Below, piece after piece: positions 25,610-39,563 of a DNA stretch of 64,000 bases. The translations under genes were made by a program, and so were the position numbers. The number at the start of each line of letters is the position of its first letter. The stretch's first letter is position 1. The stretch is taken from assembly GCA_964016885.1 (NCBI GenBank), contig OZ024741.1, positions 372,682,001 to 372,746,000 on the forward strand. The letters run 5' to 3'. The notes beneath the pieces are model-generated. The model was given only the letters and a program-made list of their open reading frames with translations. It was not told the origin of the DNA and did no database searches. The DNA is from Eledone cirrhosa. Taxonomy: Eukaryota.

Positions 25610-28128
25610 AGCAAAAGGGATATTTAATTTGTTGGTAATTCAACAAATATAAATATATTTATAACTGATTCGAAGCACTCGGCAGATTTTCTGGAGTATA
25701 ATATCAATGATATTAATAAATGGAAACTATATTTATAAAACCATATTTATTCTATTATATATATTTCAAGGGTACCAAAAATTTGGTACGCACTCATCAG
25801 ATAAAATACAAAGTTTGTTTTATAAATATTGTCATATCCAGGAACGAGATCTTAACGGTTCAAGTTTTTCCTGGATACTAAAAGGAAAAAGGGGAAAGAG
25901 AGGAAAAATCAAATATTTCAAATTATTAAGATGAATATGCAAATGGGGTTGAGCTATAGGACTGAAAAAAAAAACTTTATTTTTAGACGCTAGGTAGATT
26001 TAAATAATTATTAGGATATATATGTATGTGTAGGAAGAAGAAAGAGAAAGAAAAGCTTGTATTTACGTGAATTTAAAAAGATTGAAATGTTAAGAATTAA
26101 CAGTTTGTAGGAATGGCGGAATATGATTCCAGAATTTTAAAAAATATTTAGCTAAATTATGAGTTATAATATTATATATATAATCAATTAGATTATATGA
26201 AGAATTATGGTTGTAAGTACATTTTATCTTATTATATTGCAACAGGTTGTAAATATATAGATATCTATATAATTAACTGTCAAAACTCAATAAATTAAAA
26301 ACTGAATTATTCAGTTCTTGCAGACATCGCCAAAAATCCACTTTCCGAAGTATTTTTAATCTATAATATTCATTAGACTTGACTACATCTTATACACCTT
26401 TAAAATGATCCTGTTATTTACTGAGGTTTTAAAAAAAAAATTTTAATTTAATATTTTTACCAATTGATATTCTTTTCCTAATGATACTCTTCTTAATCTA
26501 ATTTTTAGATTTATATATATTTTCTTTAGATTGATACTTTTTAATTGACATTCTGAAACATATCCTCTTTACGATAGTTTTTCTAAATGCACTTTTGACT
26601 TATCTAATAATACATTTTTCCTCTCTTTAATCTTCAAACTTTTCACACATCTTTCGACGTAGATAATTTATAATTGAAATTCTCATCCTTGAAAACATGT
26701 AATATAATTTTCTCTAAATACTTTCCACTTTTTCAAATTTAATGGTTAACAAATAATATTGGAGTTATCTTTTCCTTTACAATTGAGCAAACATAGACAT
26801 AATAACTTGTATGATAAATTATATAATTTCGCTAAATTAATAATGTTCTGAAAATATTTTCAATGTTGGATGAAAATATTTGAATCTACAAATTGTTCTT
26901 CTCTTACAATTTGAACTATGTCCTTTTCTTAAATATATATGTAAAATGTTAAATCAACATCCTTCGTAACTCATATTAGAAATGTAAACAATTAATACGT
27001 GTGTTTTATATCTATAAAATCACCAACAATATTTATACTTATACACTTATTAATCTATATAAGATGTGGACAGTATGTAGAGAATATTATATATTATTTT
27101 GTGTGAGATTATAAGGTATTTTATATTACCTGTTTTCAAGGATGAGAATTTCAATTATATATTATCTACGTCGAAAGATGTGTGAAAAGTTTGAAGATTA
27201 AAGAGAGGAAAAATATATTATTAGAAGAACTATCGTAAAGAGGATATCTTTCAGAATGTCAATTAAAAAGTATCAATCTAAAGAAAATATATATAAATCT
27301 AAAAAATAGATTAAGAAGAGTATCATTAGGAAAAGAATATCAATTGGTAAAAATACTAAATTTAAGAAGGAAGATCATTTAAAAAATTAAATTAAAAAAA
27401 AAAAACTTCAGTAAATAACAGGATCATTTTCAATGTGTATAAGATGTAGTCAAGTCTAATGAATATTATAGATTAAAAATACTTCGGAAAGTGGAGTTTT
27501 GGCGATGTCTGCAAGAATGAATAATTCGGTTTTTAAATTAATAGAGTTTTGACACTTAATTATATAGATATGTAGCGAAATCTGTCCACCCCTTGAACCT
27601 TGGGTGACACCTAAAAGTCAAATTCTAGGACACCACCCTTTTGGTGTGAACAGGTTCATGCGTGGGCTATCCCCTCAAGGTGGGAGACAGAAAGCGACAG
27701 GTATATAAAGCCTGTATTTTTCCACCTTAGATACAGAGAGATCGGAGCATTACGCTAGCAACAAACTATGTAAAGGTTCACCGCTACTTTCAGGGCCCAG
27801 AGGTCTTCCTACACATACATATATATATATATCCTAATAATTATTTAAATCTACCTAGCGTCTAAAAATAACGTTTTTTCAGCCCTACTCATCAACCTCA
27901 TTTGCGTATTCATCTTAATAATTTGAAATATTTGATTTTTCCTCTCTTTCCCCTTTTACTATCCAGGAAGAACTTGAACCGTTAAGATCTCATTCCTGGA
28001 TATGTCAATATTTATAAAACAAACTTTTTATTTTATCTGATGAGTGCGTACCAAAGTTTTGGTAGCCTTGGAATATATATAATAGAATAAATATGGTTTT
28101 ATAAATATAGTTTCCATTTATTAATATC

Positions 28129-28131
<3 letters not shown>
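25610..28131. mobile_element. Large fold-back, probable decayed AT-rich PLE with hammerheads in both terminal arms
   Basis: Outer arms ~25705-26028 / 27804-28131 and inner arms ~26260-26697 / 27131-27570. Hammerheads at 25748-25808 (-) and 28029-28089 (+). (TA)n flanks. Confidence 0.7.
25748..25808 (-). ncRNA. Hammerhead ribozyme (type I)
   Basis: TATTTTAT-CTGATGA-GTGC-GTACCAAA-TT-TTTGGTAC-CCTT-GAAA-TATATA-TA-ATAGAATA: 8-bp stem I, stem II hairpin, palindromic stem III, AUA site. The base of stem II is imperfect. Confidence 0.65.
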
Positions 28132-28186
<55 letters not shown>

Positions 28187-28248
28187 TATGTATATATATA
28201 TGTGTGTGTATATAGATAATATATCTATATAATATGTATATATATATA

Positions 28249-29864
28249 TATGGAGAAAGCCTTCGACAGAGTCCCCCGTTCCATTATCTGGTGGGCTCTT
28301 AGAAAACTAGGTGTTGATGAATGGCTTGTGAGAGCTATAGAAGCCATGTATAAAGAAACAGTCAGCAAGGTTAGAATTAACAACGAATATAGTGAAGAGT
28401 TTAGCGTAAAAGTTGGTGTTCATCAGGGTTCCGTTCTTAGCCCCCTACTATTTATTATTGCCCTTCAGGCTATAACAGTGGAGTTCAAGACCGGCTGCCC
28501 ATGGGAACTCCTATACGCAGATGATCTAACACTCATAGCTGAATCAATGGCCGAACTAGAGAAGAAATTCCAAACATGGAAGCATGGCCTAGAATCAAAA
28601 GGCCTTAAAATTAACCTGTCTAAGACTAAAGTTCTAGTTTGTAGGAAGGAAAATAGGGCACCGGTCCCATCCGGGAAATGGCCATGCTCAGTGTGTAGGA
28701 AAGGAGTAGGTAGAAACTCCATTTTATGTCCCAAATGCAAAGTATGGGTGCATAAAAGATGTAGTGGGATGACAGGTAAGCTAACTAAGAACATAGATTT
28801 TATATGTGGCCGGTGCTCTGGTGCAATAAGTAGCAGCAAGTGCACACAGAATACTAGCTCTTTCAACTGCGCAGAGGGCTCTATAGAAATAGTGGACACC
28901 TTCCGTTACTTGGGTGACAAAATCAGCAGTGGGGGAGGGTGCTCTGAAAGTACAGTAGCTAGAGTCAGAACTGGATGGAAAAAGTTCAGAGAGCTTATAC
29001 CACTAGTAGCCGCTAAAGGGTTCTCTCTAAAAATGAAAGGCAGGCTCTATGATGCCTGCATACGAACAGCAATGTTACATGGCAGTGAGACCTGGGCATT
29101 GTGTGCCGAGGATATACGCAGACTGGAGAGGAACGAAGCTTACATGTTCCGCTGGATGTGTAATAGTAATATACGTGAACGGCAAAGCATAAATGAACTA
29201 AGGGAAAATTAGAAATAAGAGGGATCAGATGTTGTTTACTCGAGAGAAGACTACGTTGGTATGGTCACGTGATGCGCATGAAAGACGACAGCTGTATAAA
29301 AAAGTGCAGGGCAATAAAAATAGACGGTAGCCACAGAGTAGGCAGACCCAGAAAAACCTGGGACGACTTGATAAATTCCGACCTGACACACTTACACCGC
29401 TCCAAGACAATGTCACTGGACCGAGATCTTTGGCGCTACACAGTAATACAGAAGACCCGCCTTACCTAAGTACAAAGTGAAACCTACTACAGTCAGTAGG
29501 CACTTCTAACAAAATACACCCCCGTCCCACTACCCCCACCCCATCCACACCACCCCTTTCAATGTAAAGTTATGTTGGTATAACAACATCCAGTCCGAAA
29601 CAAATGAGGTCGTGTAGGTGTCACGACAAAAAAACACACAGTCCACACTGTAATGTGGCTGTGTAGGTAACACGGTAAAAACCTTCCAGTCTACACTATA
29701 AACGTGGTTGGTGTTAGGAAGGCATCCAGCCGTAGAAAACCCGCCAGACAGTCCTATGCGAGCAAGTAACCACTCTTGCCTGAAGTGGGAAAACTCCTGT
29801 CCAAACCCATGCAAATGGACGTGGAAGATGGACGTTAAACGATGATGATGATGATGATGATGAT
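28249..29864 (+). mobile_element. RTE family B, 5'-truncated
   Basis: ORF 28250-29212: EKAFD, VHQGSVLSPLLF, YADD, C4HC3 finger. Frameshifted continuation to 29469, ~390-bp 3' UTR, (GAT)n tail. Confidence 0.93.
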
Positions 29865-29966
29865 ATATACGTTTAAATAGCTTGACAAATTGAACATTGT
29901 GGTAGGCAAAATCTAACACACAATACCAAAGTAACGAAAGAACTAACAGGTTGAAAAAATACACCT

Positions 29967-30465
29967 GGACAAATCAAACATTATACGTTTAAAGTGTTTC
30001 TATGAAACGAAATCAAATATCAGACTTACGTAACTGGCAAGCTTGTGGTATTCATGATCGAACAGAGGACTCATTTTATCAACAAGAATTTTGTTCTACC
30101 AAAGAACGGGGCGAAACACTGAATGGTGCCGCTAACTGCAGCGAATTCGAACATTTAGTTGTCGCGTATTATTTCCAACAAGGGAATTATAATATTTCCT
30201 TTGTCTAACACTTTGAATGACCCGCCAAAAAACCGGGGGTTATTTCCCTTGTTGGAAATAACACGTGACAACTAAATGTTCGAATTCGCTGCTGTTAGCG
30301 GCACCATTCAGTGTTTCGCCCCGTTCTTTGGTAGAACGAAATTCCTGTTGATAAAATGAATCCTCTGTTCGATCATGAATACCACGAGCTTGCCAGTTAC
30401 GTAAGTCTGATATTTGATTTCGGACTCATAGAAACACTTTAAACGTATAATGTTTGATTTGTCCA
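29967..30465. repeat. Inverted repeat (arms ~29967-30189 / 30240-30465)
   Basis: Arms of ~220 bp are near reverse complements with a ~50-bp spacer; no ORF. Confidence 0.85.
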
Positions 30466-30500
30466 GATTCGATTTTACTAAGCCTCCAATTATATATATA

Positions 30501-30864
30501 TCATCATCTACATTTTACGTCCGCTTTTCCCTGCTTGCAAGGGTGGGACGGGAACTGATTCTGGCTTGATTTCTACAGCTGGATGCCCTTGCTAACACCA
30601 ACCTCATTCACAGTGAGTGCTGGGTGCTTTTGCTTTGCGCCTACACGTCCACTTTACAGTGTGGGCTGGGTGCTTTTTTGCCGTGGCACCTCTATGACTA
30701 CTTTGCAGTGGAATGATAGGGACCCCAGTCCTATCATCTCATTTCTACAGCTGAGTAAACTGGAACAACGTGAAATAAAGTTTCTTGCTCAAGTAAACAT
30801 CACATCACCCGGTCTGAGAATTGAACTCACAACCTTTCGATAACCACTAAGCCATGTGCCTTCA
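30501..30864 (-). mobile_element. tRNA-head SINE with RTE-A tail
   Basis: Second copy of 2737-3078. Confidence 0.8.
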
Positions 30865-30927
30865 CATATGTATATATATATGTATATATATATATATATG
30901 AACATATATATAAGTATATATATGTAT

Positions 30928-31022
<95 letters not shown>

Positions 31023-31024
31023 AT

Positions 31025-31178
<154 letters not shown>

Positions 31179-31734
31179 GTATATAAATACAATATCGGAG
31201 AAAGCTTTTTAGCGATACTCCGGCCAAATTCCAACTCACTCAACAAACATTAGGAAATAAGTGATTATATTCCTAATTATGCGTTCGGGGTGCTAACTAA
31301 AAGTATTGCGTGGAAAATTGGCTGTATTATTTCATATGAGACATATCGAATATATCTCTTCCCAGACGGACGTCTCGTTTCATTATAGGATTCCTACAAT
31401 TTGGGTGAAATTTTACCAATTTATGTAGGAGCTTGTATACCATCAATAGATATATATTCAAGTGGGCTCCTATAATTCATCAGTGGGTTCCCCAATAATA
31501 CTAATATTGATAATCTAACCAACATCAGTATTTAGCGATAATCATTATCAGTGCCTGAGGTATCTGTCAGGTTGCCAGTTCAGCAGTTCTAAAGAAATGC
31601 TCAAACTGATTCAAAAATGAGGAAGTAAATTACCGCCAAAAAAAAACAATACATGCGCATGACAATGAACTCTAAAAATAATATATATATATAATATATA
31701 TATATATATATAATATATATAATATATATATGAT

Positions 31735-31784
<50 letters not shown>

Positions 31785-31807
31785 ATATATATATATATAT
31801 ATATATA

Positions 31808-32441
31808 AACTTTAATCTGTTATTTAATAAATATATATAATATATATTATATATATTTATATATATAATATAGTTAGAATTTAGTCTACGACTTCTGCTA
31901 TACCATTTACGTGGTTTTATCTTTGCGTGCTATTGTTCTCCACGCTCCACATATGACGTATTATCGTTTTTTTCGTTCATTGCCAGAGAACGTCTCTATG
32001 CACCACCTAAGAGAACATTAGTCTACGACCTCTTTTATACCATAAACGTGGTTCTGTCTTTGCGCGTAATTGTTTTTCACCGCTCCTATTAATGACGTAT
32101 CTTATTCGTTTTTTCCTGTTCTTTGCCAGCGAACGTTTCCACGAACCAAAGTATCGTCTTCCTGTCTTCCTCCGGTTGCAACGTTTTTTGAAATATCCAC
32201 TTCTGCGTTTACAGATTGACTTTGTTAGTTTCAGAAGATCCCGTTAAGGGTGAAAGCAGCGATTCTTTGCTTAAACTTTAATCTGTTATTTTAATAAATA
32301 TAACATATATATATATATATATAATATATATTTATTAAAATAACAGATTAAAGTTTAAGCAAAGAATCGCTGCTTTCACCCTTAACGGGATCTTCTGAAA
32401 CTAACAAAGTCAATCTGTAAACGCAGAACTGGATATTTCAA
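31808..32441. repeat. Dispersed repeat with internal duplication and terminal inverted copy
   Basis: Direct duplication ~31880-31990 / 32018-32140; inverted pair ~32195-32300 / 32330-32441. Homologous copy at ~51172-51450 and fragment at 54170-54265. Confidence 0.7.
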
Positions 32442-32455
32442 TATATATCTATATA

Positions 32456-32488
<33 letters not shown>

Positions 32489-33321
32489 GATATTAATAAA
32501 TGGAAACTATATTTATAAAACCATATTTATTTCATTATACATATTTTAGGGATACCACATTAAATTATGGTATGCCTTCATCAGACAAACTACAATATAT
32601 AACAGTTTTACAAATAGGTTTGACGTACCCTTTAAAATACAACCATTACTTTTGGAGGCTGTCTGGATAGTGATTTGTTTATATAATAAGTCATAGTGTT
32701 AAGCACAGTTAGAAAAAGACGGAGAGAAAGAAAGAGAAAAGAACAAAGACAGAGAGAGAGAGAAAGAAAGGAGAAAGAAAACCTAGAGAAATATCGGAGA
32801 GAGAGAGAAACGTATGGAGAAAAGAAAGAGATAGATAAAGATAGGAGGAAATAAAAAAGAAAGAAAAGGAAGGAATAAGAAAAAACAAAGGAAAGCAACA
32901 GAGAGATATCAAGTCATCATACAGAAAGAGAAACTCAAGAGAGAGAAATACTATATAGAGAGAGGGGGACAGTGACAACTTTACGTCATGTCATATTAAG
33001 TTGAGTTAACAATTTATATGAAATGAATAATAAAAATATAAATATAAGTATCAATATTCATGAATGGGACATAGATATATAATATGAGAAATTAAACATT
33101 GTTCAATAATGACCATATGTTTAGTTTAGAAACTTGAGATCAATATACCAAAATCTGAGTTCAAAATATCCCTCAAATATGTATAATGAAATAAATATGG
33201 TTTTATAAGTATAGTTTCCATTTATTAATATCGTATATCTACTCCAAAAATTTGTCGAGTGCTTTATATCAGTTATAAAAATATTTACTTGTTGTATCTC
33301 AACAACTTTAAATAGAACTTT

Positions 33322-33383
<62 letters not shown>

Positions 33384-33386
<3 letters not shown>

Positions 33387-35053
33387 TTGCGAGGTTTTTT
33401 ATATGAAATCGTGTGTCGAAACAAATATTGTTATACTTGGGGAGGGTCATATTTATGTAATATTGCCAGAATTAATAACAGAACACACTCACTGTTTGGT
33501 TGGTTTTCGCTTTTCGCTTCTAGCTAATTCCATACACCAGAGTATAACTGTAACTATCGACTACCCTTCCAAACACCCTAACAATAGACTACCTGTATTA
33601 GACACGGAACTCTGGATTAATACTATAGACGAGAGAGCCCAAATTCTCCACTCACACTCATGGCCTCCAAATACCTGATACTCAAAAACTCAGCAATGTC
33701 CAGTAGTGCTAAGTTTAATATTCTGATCGCAGACTTGGTACGAGTGATGAAGAACGTGTCTCGCATGTGCGACCCAACAGAAATGGAAAGACATATCCAA
33801 CACTTCATCAACCGCATGTAGTTCTCTGACTACAACCAAAGAGACAGAGTCAGAGTATACGAAGGAGCCACGGAGAAGTATAAGACCCTCATAGAACTGG
33901 ACATGAAAGGAATTTGCCCATTATACAGGAGCAAATCATGGAATAGCTTAGATAGGGCTAGACATAAGATAGGGAAGGCCACCTCATGGTACGACAACCA
34001 GAGATACCAGAGTGTCATGTTTGTGGATGCTACCCCTGGAGGGAAATTAGCTAACCAGTGTAGAAAGGCCCTGAGAAAGACCCACTTAAAGATTAAGGTG
34101 GTAGAAAAGCCAAGAACCACCATAAAATCCCTGATCAGCAAAACCTACCCTTTTAAGAAAACCCACTGTACTAATAGGAAATGTATCATATGTAAAGTAA
34201 ACCCCCAGATAAACTGTAAAACTAGAAACGTAGTCTATAGCATATAGACTATGTACAGAGGGTACTTGCAGAAACATGACAACAACATACATAGGCGAGA
34301 CAGCTCGTAGCATAGGTGAAAGGATAGACCAACGCTGGGGGGAACTAAAAGGACGAAAAAACGGTTCAGTATTATACGAACATGCCAGACAACAACACGA
34401 CGGTAACATAGACAACATAGAAATTAGAATAATATCTAAACATAGAAATGACGCAGCAGATAGGCAAATCAGAGAGGCCAGTGAAATAGAACTTAGAAGG
34501 CCAAGGCTAAACAGAAAAAAATGAATGGAATAACAACAACACCCAAACAAACAACAATGACCTAAGAGAAGTATAAATAAATAAATAAATAGATAAATAA
34601 ATAAATACATACACAAGCACAATAACAACAAACACATATAAACACACACCAGTAAAGATAGAATACATTAGCCAATACACAGTCACCCAAACACGAACAC
34701 ACATCAAACAAAACACTATACACACACGCAAACGCATGCGCAAAGAAGACAAATATATAAACAGACTAAATAAAGATGGCGTAGACATACAATGCAATGG
34801 GAGGAAACAATAGCACCACTGACGATGTTGCAGATGTGCAATGAAAGAACTTTGATAGACTATATATATGTGTTTGTGTCTATATTGTATCTGTATTTTT
34901 GACCGTTGGTCAGTCAATGGCAACATTGGGGACCGAATAAATTAAATTAACCGATATAAGACACAGAAGCGAAAAGCGAAAACCAACCAAACAGTGAGTG
35001 TGTTATGTCATTAATTCTGGCAATATTACACAAATATGACCCTCCCCAAGTAT

Positions 35054-35060
<7 letters not shown>
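33384..35060 (+). mobile_element. Penelope-like element, 5'-truncated, with inverted terminal copy
   Basis: Frameshifted ORF ~33521-34524: ANSIHQSITVTIDYPS..LPVLD (RT thumb) and CKTRNVVYSI..YIGETARSIGERI..REASEI..PRLN (GIY-YIG). Inverted arms 33425-33520 / 34964-35060; hammerhead-like core at 34815-34856. Confidence 0.88.
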
Positions 35061-35122
<62 letters not shown>

Positions 35123-35157
35123 TTATAAGAATCAAAGAACTGTTCAAAACATTTTTA

Positions 35158-35204
35158 TGCTTACAACTGTTTCCTCCAAACCGAGGTTTGGATTCTTCGG
35201 AGCA
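35158..35204 (-). ncRNA. Hammerhead-like ribozyme (CCGAAGA variant) at PLE 3' end
   Basis: TGCT-CCGAAGA-A-TCCAAACC-TC-GGTTTGGA-G-GAAAC-AGTT-GTA-AGCA. Confidence 0.7.
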
Positions 35205-36839
35205 ATTTATTATTGAATGAACACTTATATGACCTCCTTTTCACCCAAGAGACATACAGATACATATGCAAATATTGTGGGTCAACATTCATTACAGCAT
35301 TTAGAGTGGCAGTACACACTTAGAGATTACATTCATATTAAAAGATACAATCAAAAATACAACATGAAAATAAGCGGTTATATAGTGCAAAGGTTATATG
35401 TGTGGCAAGCACGTGCGTCTTGTTTATATAGTGTGGCAGAGAGTTACGTGTAGTAGAAGCACTTAAGCAGGTAATCAAGAGTGTTAGGTTGGTTGATCTG
35501 GTGACGAATTCTTTATATGATTGTTAATGTCTGTGTGTGGAGAAATAATATAAGTATTAAAAATAGTGTAAGCATTAAAAATATTGGAAATGCGCAGCGA
35601 AGTGATGATATGGACTTCATGCACTTCGACATTTTCATAGTCTGGGGAGCGTATTTTTCAGATTATATGCCCCTCACATAATCCACAACGATTAGATATT
35701 GGGCGTTTGACAATCCAGTTAGAGAATCGTAGTCTGATGTTCTTTAGTTCAATACAGGAGGATGTTACGTTTCGAGAATCGACATCGAAATGCTACCCGG
35801 AAGTGTGTGTGTGGCTAAGGGGAGTTAATGCATGAGGGGAGGTAACTCCGTGGTTTCTATTACTAACTATTAAAATGTGTCTCAAAATAGACCCTAACTT
35901 ATATGGTTATGCGCAATTTCTAAAAAATTTCTAAAATTTAAAGTGTTTTAACTATAGAGTAGTCTATTAAGTTGTGCTGAAGGTGTTCTTATTATTATGG
36001 TGATTAACCCCCATCGTAGAGTGCCACAAATGAATATTATACACGACGAGCGAGGATTCTAAATTAATGATCTCTGTGGTTGCAGTCTACGCAAAGGACC
36101 AGGCACGGTGATTGCAGTATCACTTCAACACACAATGATCTCTGGTAAGTTCTGGGTCATCGCTTGCTACATTGGATGTCGAAAGATAATCATCACCAAG
36201 GCCGACCAGAGGTCAATCCACAGTCCTCATGACTCCAATCTGACCATCAAATCATCCATATATGTACAAACCATACGCCACTTGCAATACATTCATTCAC
36301 TGCGCTCAGCGTACCGGTCATACTGCTCATCAGCGTTACTAGATTAATTCGTTTTTCATTTGTCCAACGATGGCACTTCCTCCGCACAGCACCAACAAGA
36401 CAATCAATTCAATGCTTAAATTAACAATAAAGTGGTGTAGTGCAGTTCAAGCGAGTGGATGTTGTCACACCTAAAGTAGAGGTACAAATGGGTATTCCCC
36501 TTGTGAAGGGTTCTAGAGGGATGTCGCTGTTTGTGTTATATTAGATCAGTGAGTGTTGGGTATGTGGTATAAGGTGTGTCCCTGGTGTTTGATGCTAGAG
36601 GTGGTGTTTGGTTCAAGTCCGACATTGCTATATATTGGGCTTAAAGTTTTGGAAGGAATGTCTGAAGCGGTGCTGGCAAGTTGCAAACACTTCAGATTTT
36701 TTGTTAAGTAGGTTACGGTTAGAGAAGATAATATTGTGGGTCTCTAGTATACAGAGGTTACAAAATTTATGAGGTGGTTTGTACGAAGTCGCGCTACCTA
36801 TCACTTCCCATTTGAGTGTGTAAGGTTTATTTTTAGTTT

Positions 36840-38330
36840 TTAGATAGTGTATGTAGCTAGATAGTGAGGTAGACTGTGCTTTTTGAACGAGTGGATGTGC
36901 GAATTATATCTGATTTTGAAGCAGTTAGAAGTGGAGCCTACATAGGTTTCTGAAGAGTTGCTAGTTGTGACGGTGCATGAGTATATGATATCCTTGGTTA
37001 GGCATTTTTTATCTAAAGGGCAGGTTCTATTAGCTCTACAGTTACAATTATCCTGTGTGTTAGTCTGCTGGTTATAATGCAGTGCAGAAGTCTGGGTGGT
37101 AGCTATAGGATTTTGGACATTCGGGTTGTCGACCCCGGTGTTATTTCTTATACTAGTGTTATTTCTATTATTACTGCCGTTACTATGGTTGCTTGCTACA
37201 GAGGTATTTAGAAGGTTTACCTCCTGTTGTGATTTCGTTTGTTGGAAGTAAGAATTCATTTTACTTTTATTGCTGTTAGCTATGTGGTATGCTAAGTTAG
37301 GCGTCGTAGAGTATGAGATTTTAATAGTGTTTTTGTTTAAAAGGTTGTGGTACTTGTGTCCTAGAGGGAAGTTTTTATCTAGTAGTGAGAAGAAAGCCCT
37401 AGGTATGTTGGTGGAGACATTTAGGTTGAAAGGAGGGTTGAAAAATGTATTATTTCCTCTTCTATTTTTGTTTTTAGTGTCTGGTGTGTTGTTTCTTACT
37501 AAAGTACTACGGTAGTTTCCGTGGTAATGGTTACTTCCGGTGGCACCCTCCGCTTTGGTGTACGTGTGGTTGCTATTCATATTATTAGGTTTCTTCATGG
37601 ACATGTTGTGCGAGATGATGTTGTAGCTATGCGTTTTCTTAGGTAGGAACTCAATTTCTATATTATGGCCGGATCTAGCTAATGCTTGATTATAATATTG
37701 TGAGTTTTTGCTAAATATATTTGCGTCATAGGATACATTAGAGATTCTATTGGATACCCCCTTAGAGATAGAGTTTAATATTGATCTAGGGTGATTAGAC
37801 TTGGTATCTACGTAAATGAGTTTTTCGTTAGGCTTATGGAAAGGTGTATATATTTTTGAGTCTAGGTATAGTGTGGCGTCTAGGAAGTTAACATTTTTAG
37901 TGTTTTTGTCCATGGTGATACTAAGGTTAAAGTTTTTGAATGTCTTGTGCAATAGTTTTCTAGTTCTTTCTATATAAAATTTTTTATATTCTATAAGTAG
38001 AAGTGCATCATCGCGGTACAAACCACCGTTGAGGTAAGGGAGGTCCTTATGGATTTCATTAAGAAGGTATAGGCCGACCAAATCGGTGACCTGCGCCGAG
38101 TCACTAGATCCCATGGTTATGTCGAAGTTGTTGTGCGTATCCTTGCGTGTCCATAGTTGGTCCTCGAAGGTGATTATGGTTTTACGGGCCGCAAGGATGA
38201 CATCAATCTGGGCTCTAGTCAGGTCGCTATTGTTCATGGCCATGATTAGTGCCTCATTTAATAGGATAAGGGAAATAGAGGTGTAGTATGAATTGATATC
38301 AAATTGAATAAATTTTTTGTCCTTATTATT
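36840..38330 (-). CDS. PLE reverse transcriptase / GIY-YIG endonuclease (partial)
   Basis: 467-aa ORF, readable in frame upstream to ~38330 (NKDKKFIQFDINSYYTSI). One frameshift near the C-terminus. Confidence 0.85.
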   Translation of the reverse strand, partial: NNKDKKFIQFDINSYYTSISLILLNEALIMAMNNSDLTRAQIDVILAARKTIITFEDQLWTRKDTHNNFDITMGSSDSAQVTDLVGLYLLNEIHKDLPYLNGGLYRDDALLLIEYKKFYIERTRKLLHKTFKNFNLSITMDKNTKNVNFLDATLYLDSKIYTPFHKPNEKLIYVDTKSNHPRSILNSISKGVSNRISNVSYDANIFSKNSQYYNQALARSGHNIEIEFLPKKTHSYNIISHNMSMKKPNNMNSNHTYTKAEGATGSNHYHGNYRSTLVRNNTPDTKNKNRRGNNTFFNPPFNLNVSTNIPRAFFSLLDKNFPLGHKYHNLLNKNTIKISYSTTPNLAYHIANSNKSKMNSYFQQTKSQQEVNLLNTSVASNHSNGSNNRNNTSIRNNTGVDNPNVQNPIATTQTSALHYNQQTNTQDNCNCRANRTCPLDKKCLTKDIIYSCTVTTSNSSETYVGSTSNCFKIRYNSHIHSFKKHSLPHYLATYTI

Positions 38331-38397
38331 CTTGTATAAAAATATATATAACTACAAAAGGTTTTTGTATTTACATAACCATAAATAGTATAATTAA

Positions 38398-39037
<640 letters not shown>

Positions 39038-39326
39038 GGAGTTGCGACGACCGATAGATAGTATTAGCAATTGGAAAGACCAATGGAAACATTGTTTCCT
39101 TGTCTGATTTGACGAAAGAAAATCGTTCCTCTCTCTCTCTCTCTATATATATATATATGTGTGTGTGTATACATATATATATATGTATATATGAAGAACT
39201 AGCGTCTGAATCAGTAAGACCCTCTTCCTGCTATATCAACCGTTAACCTAATATATACCTTCCATATACTATACCGATTGTGTTGTTATTTCTGTTTACC
39301 TTTTCCATACATATATATATATGTAT

Positions 39327-39408
<82 letters not shown>

Positions 39409-39409
39409 T

Positions 39410-39440
<31 letters not shown>

Positions 39441-39563
39441 GAATATAGACATAGAATATTCGAAAATATTCTGTATGTTTATAATAAACATTTTGAAGAC
39501 CCAATCGCTATAGAATAGAATACGTCACGTATTACAATTAGATTCTCGACAAAAGCAAGGGAA

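Larger units (their letters stand above)
35120..38335 (-). mobile_element. Penelope-like element (Naiad-like motifs), 5'-truncated, with long 3' region and terminal hammerhead
   Basis: RT motifs QFDINSYYTSI, MGSSDSAQVTDLVG, LYRDD, NFLD, SNHP, FFNPP; GIY-YIG DIIYSCTV..YVGSTSNCFKIRYNSH. Frameshifted C-terminus CNLC..LLNKKSE..CQHR (~36640-36840). Hammerhead at 35158-35204; (TA)n both sides. Confidence 0.9.

Noticed and set aside
32228-32275. Hammerhead-like CAGAAGA-T-CCC-GTTAA-GGG-T-GAAA
   Set aside because: Core altered and no convincing stem III, NUH or stem I; the copy at ~51381 is further decayed.
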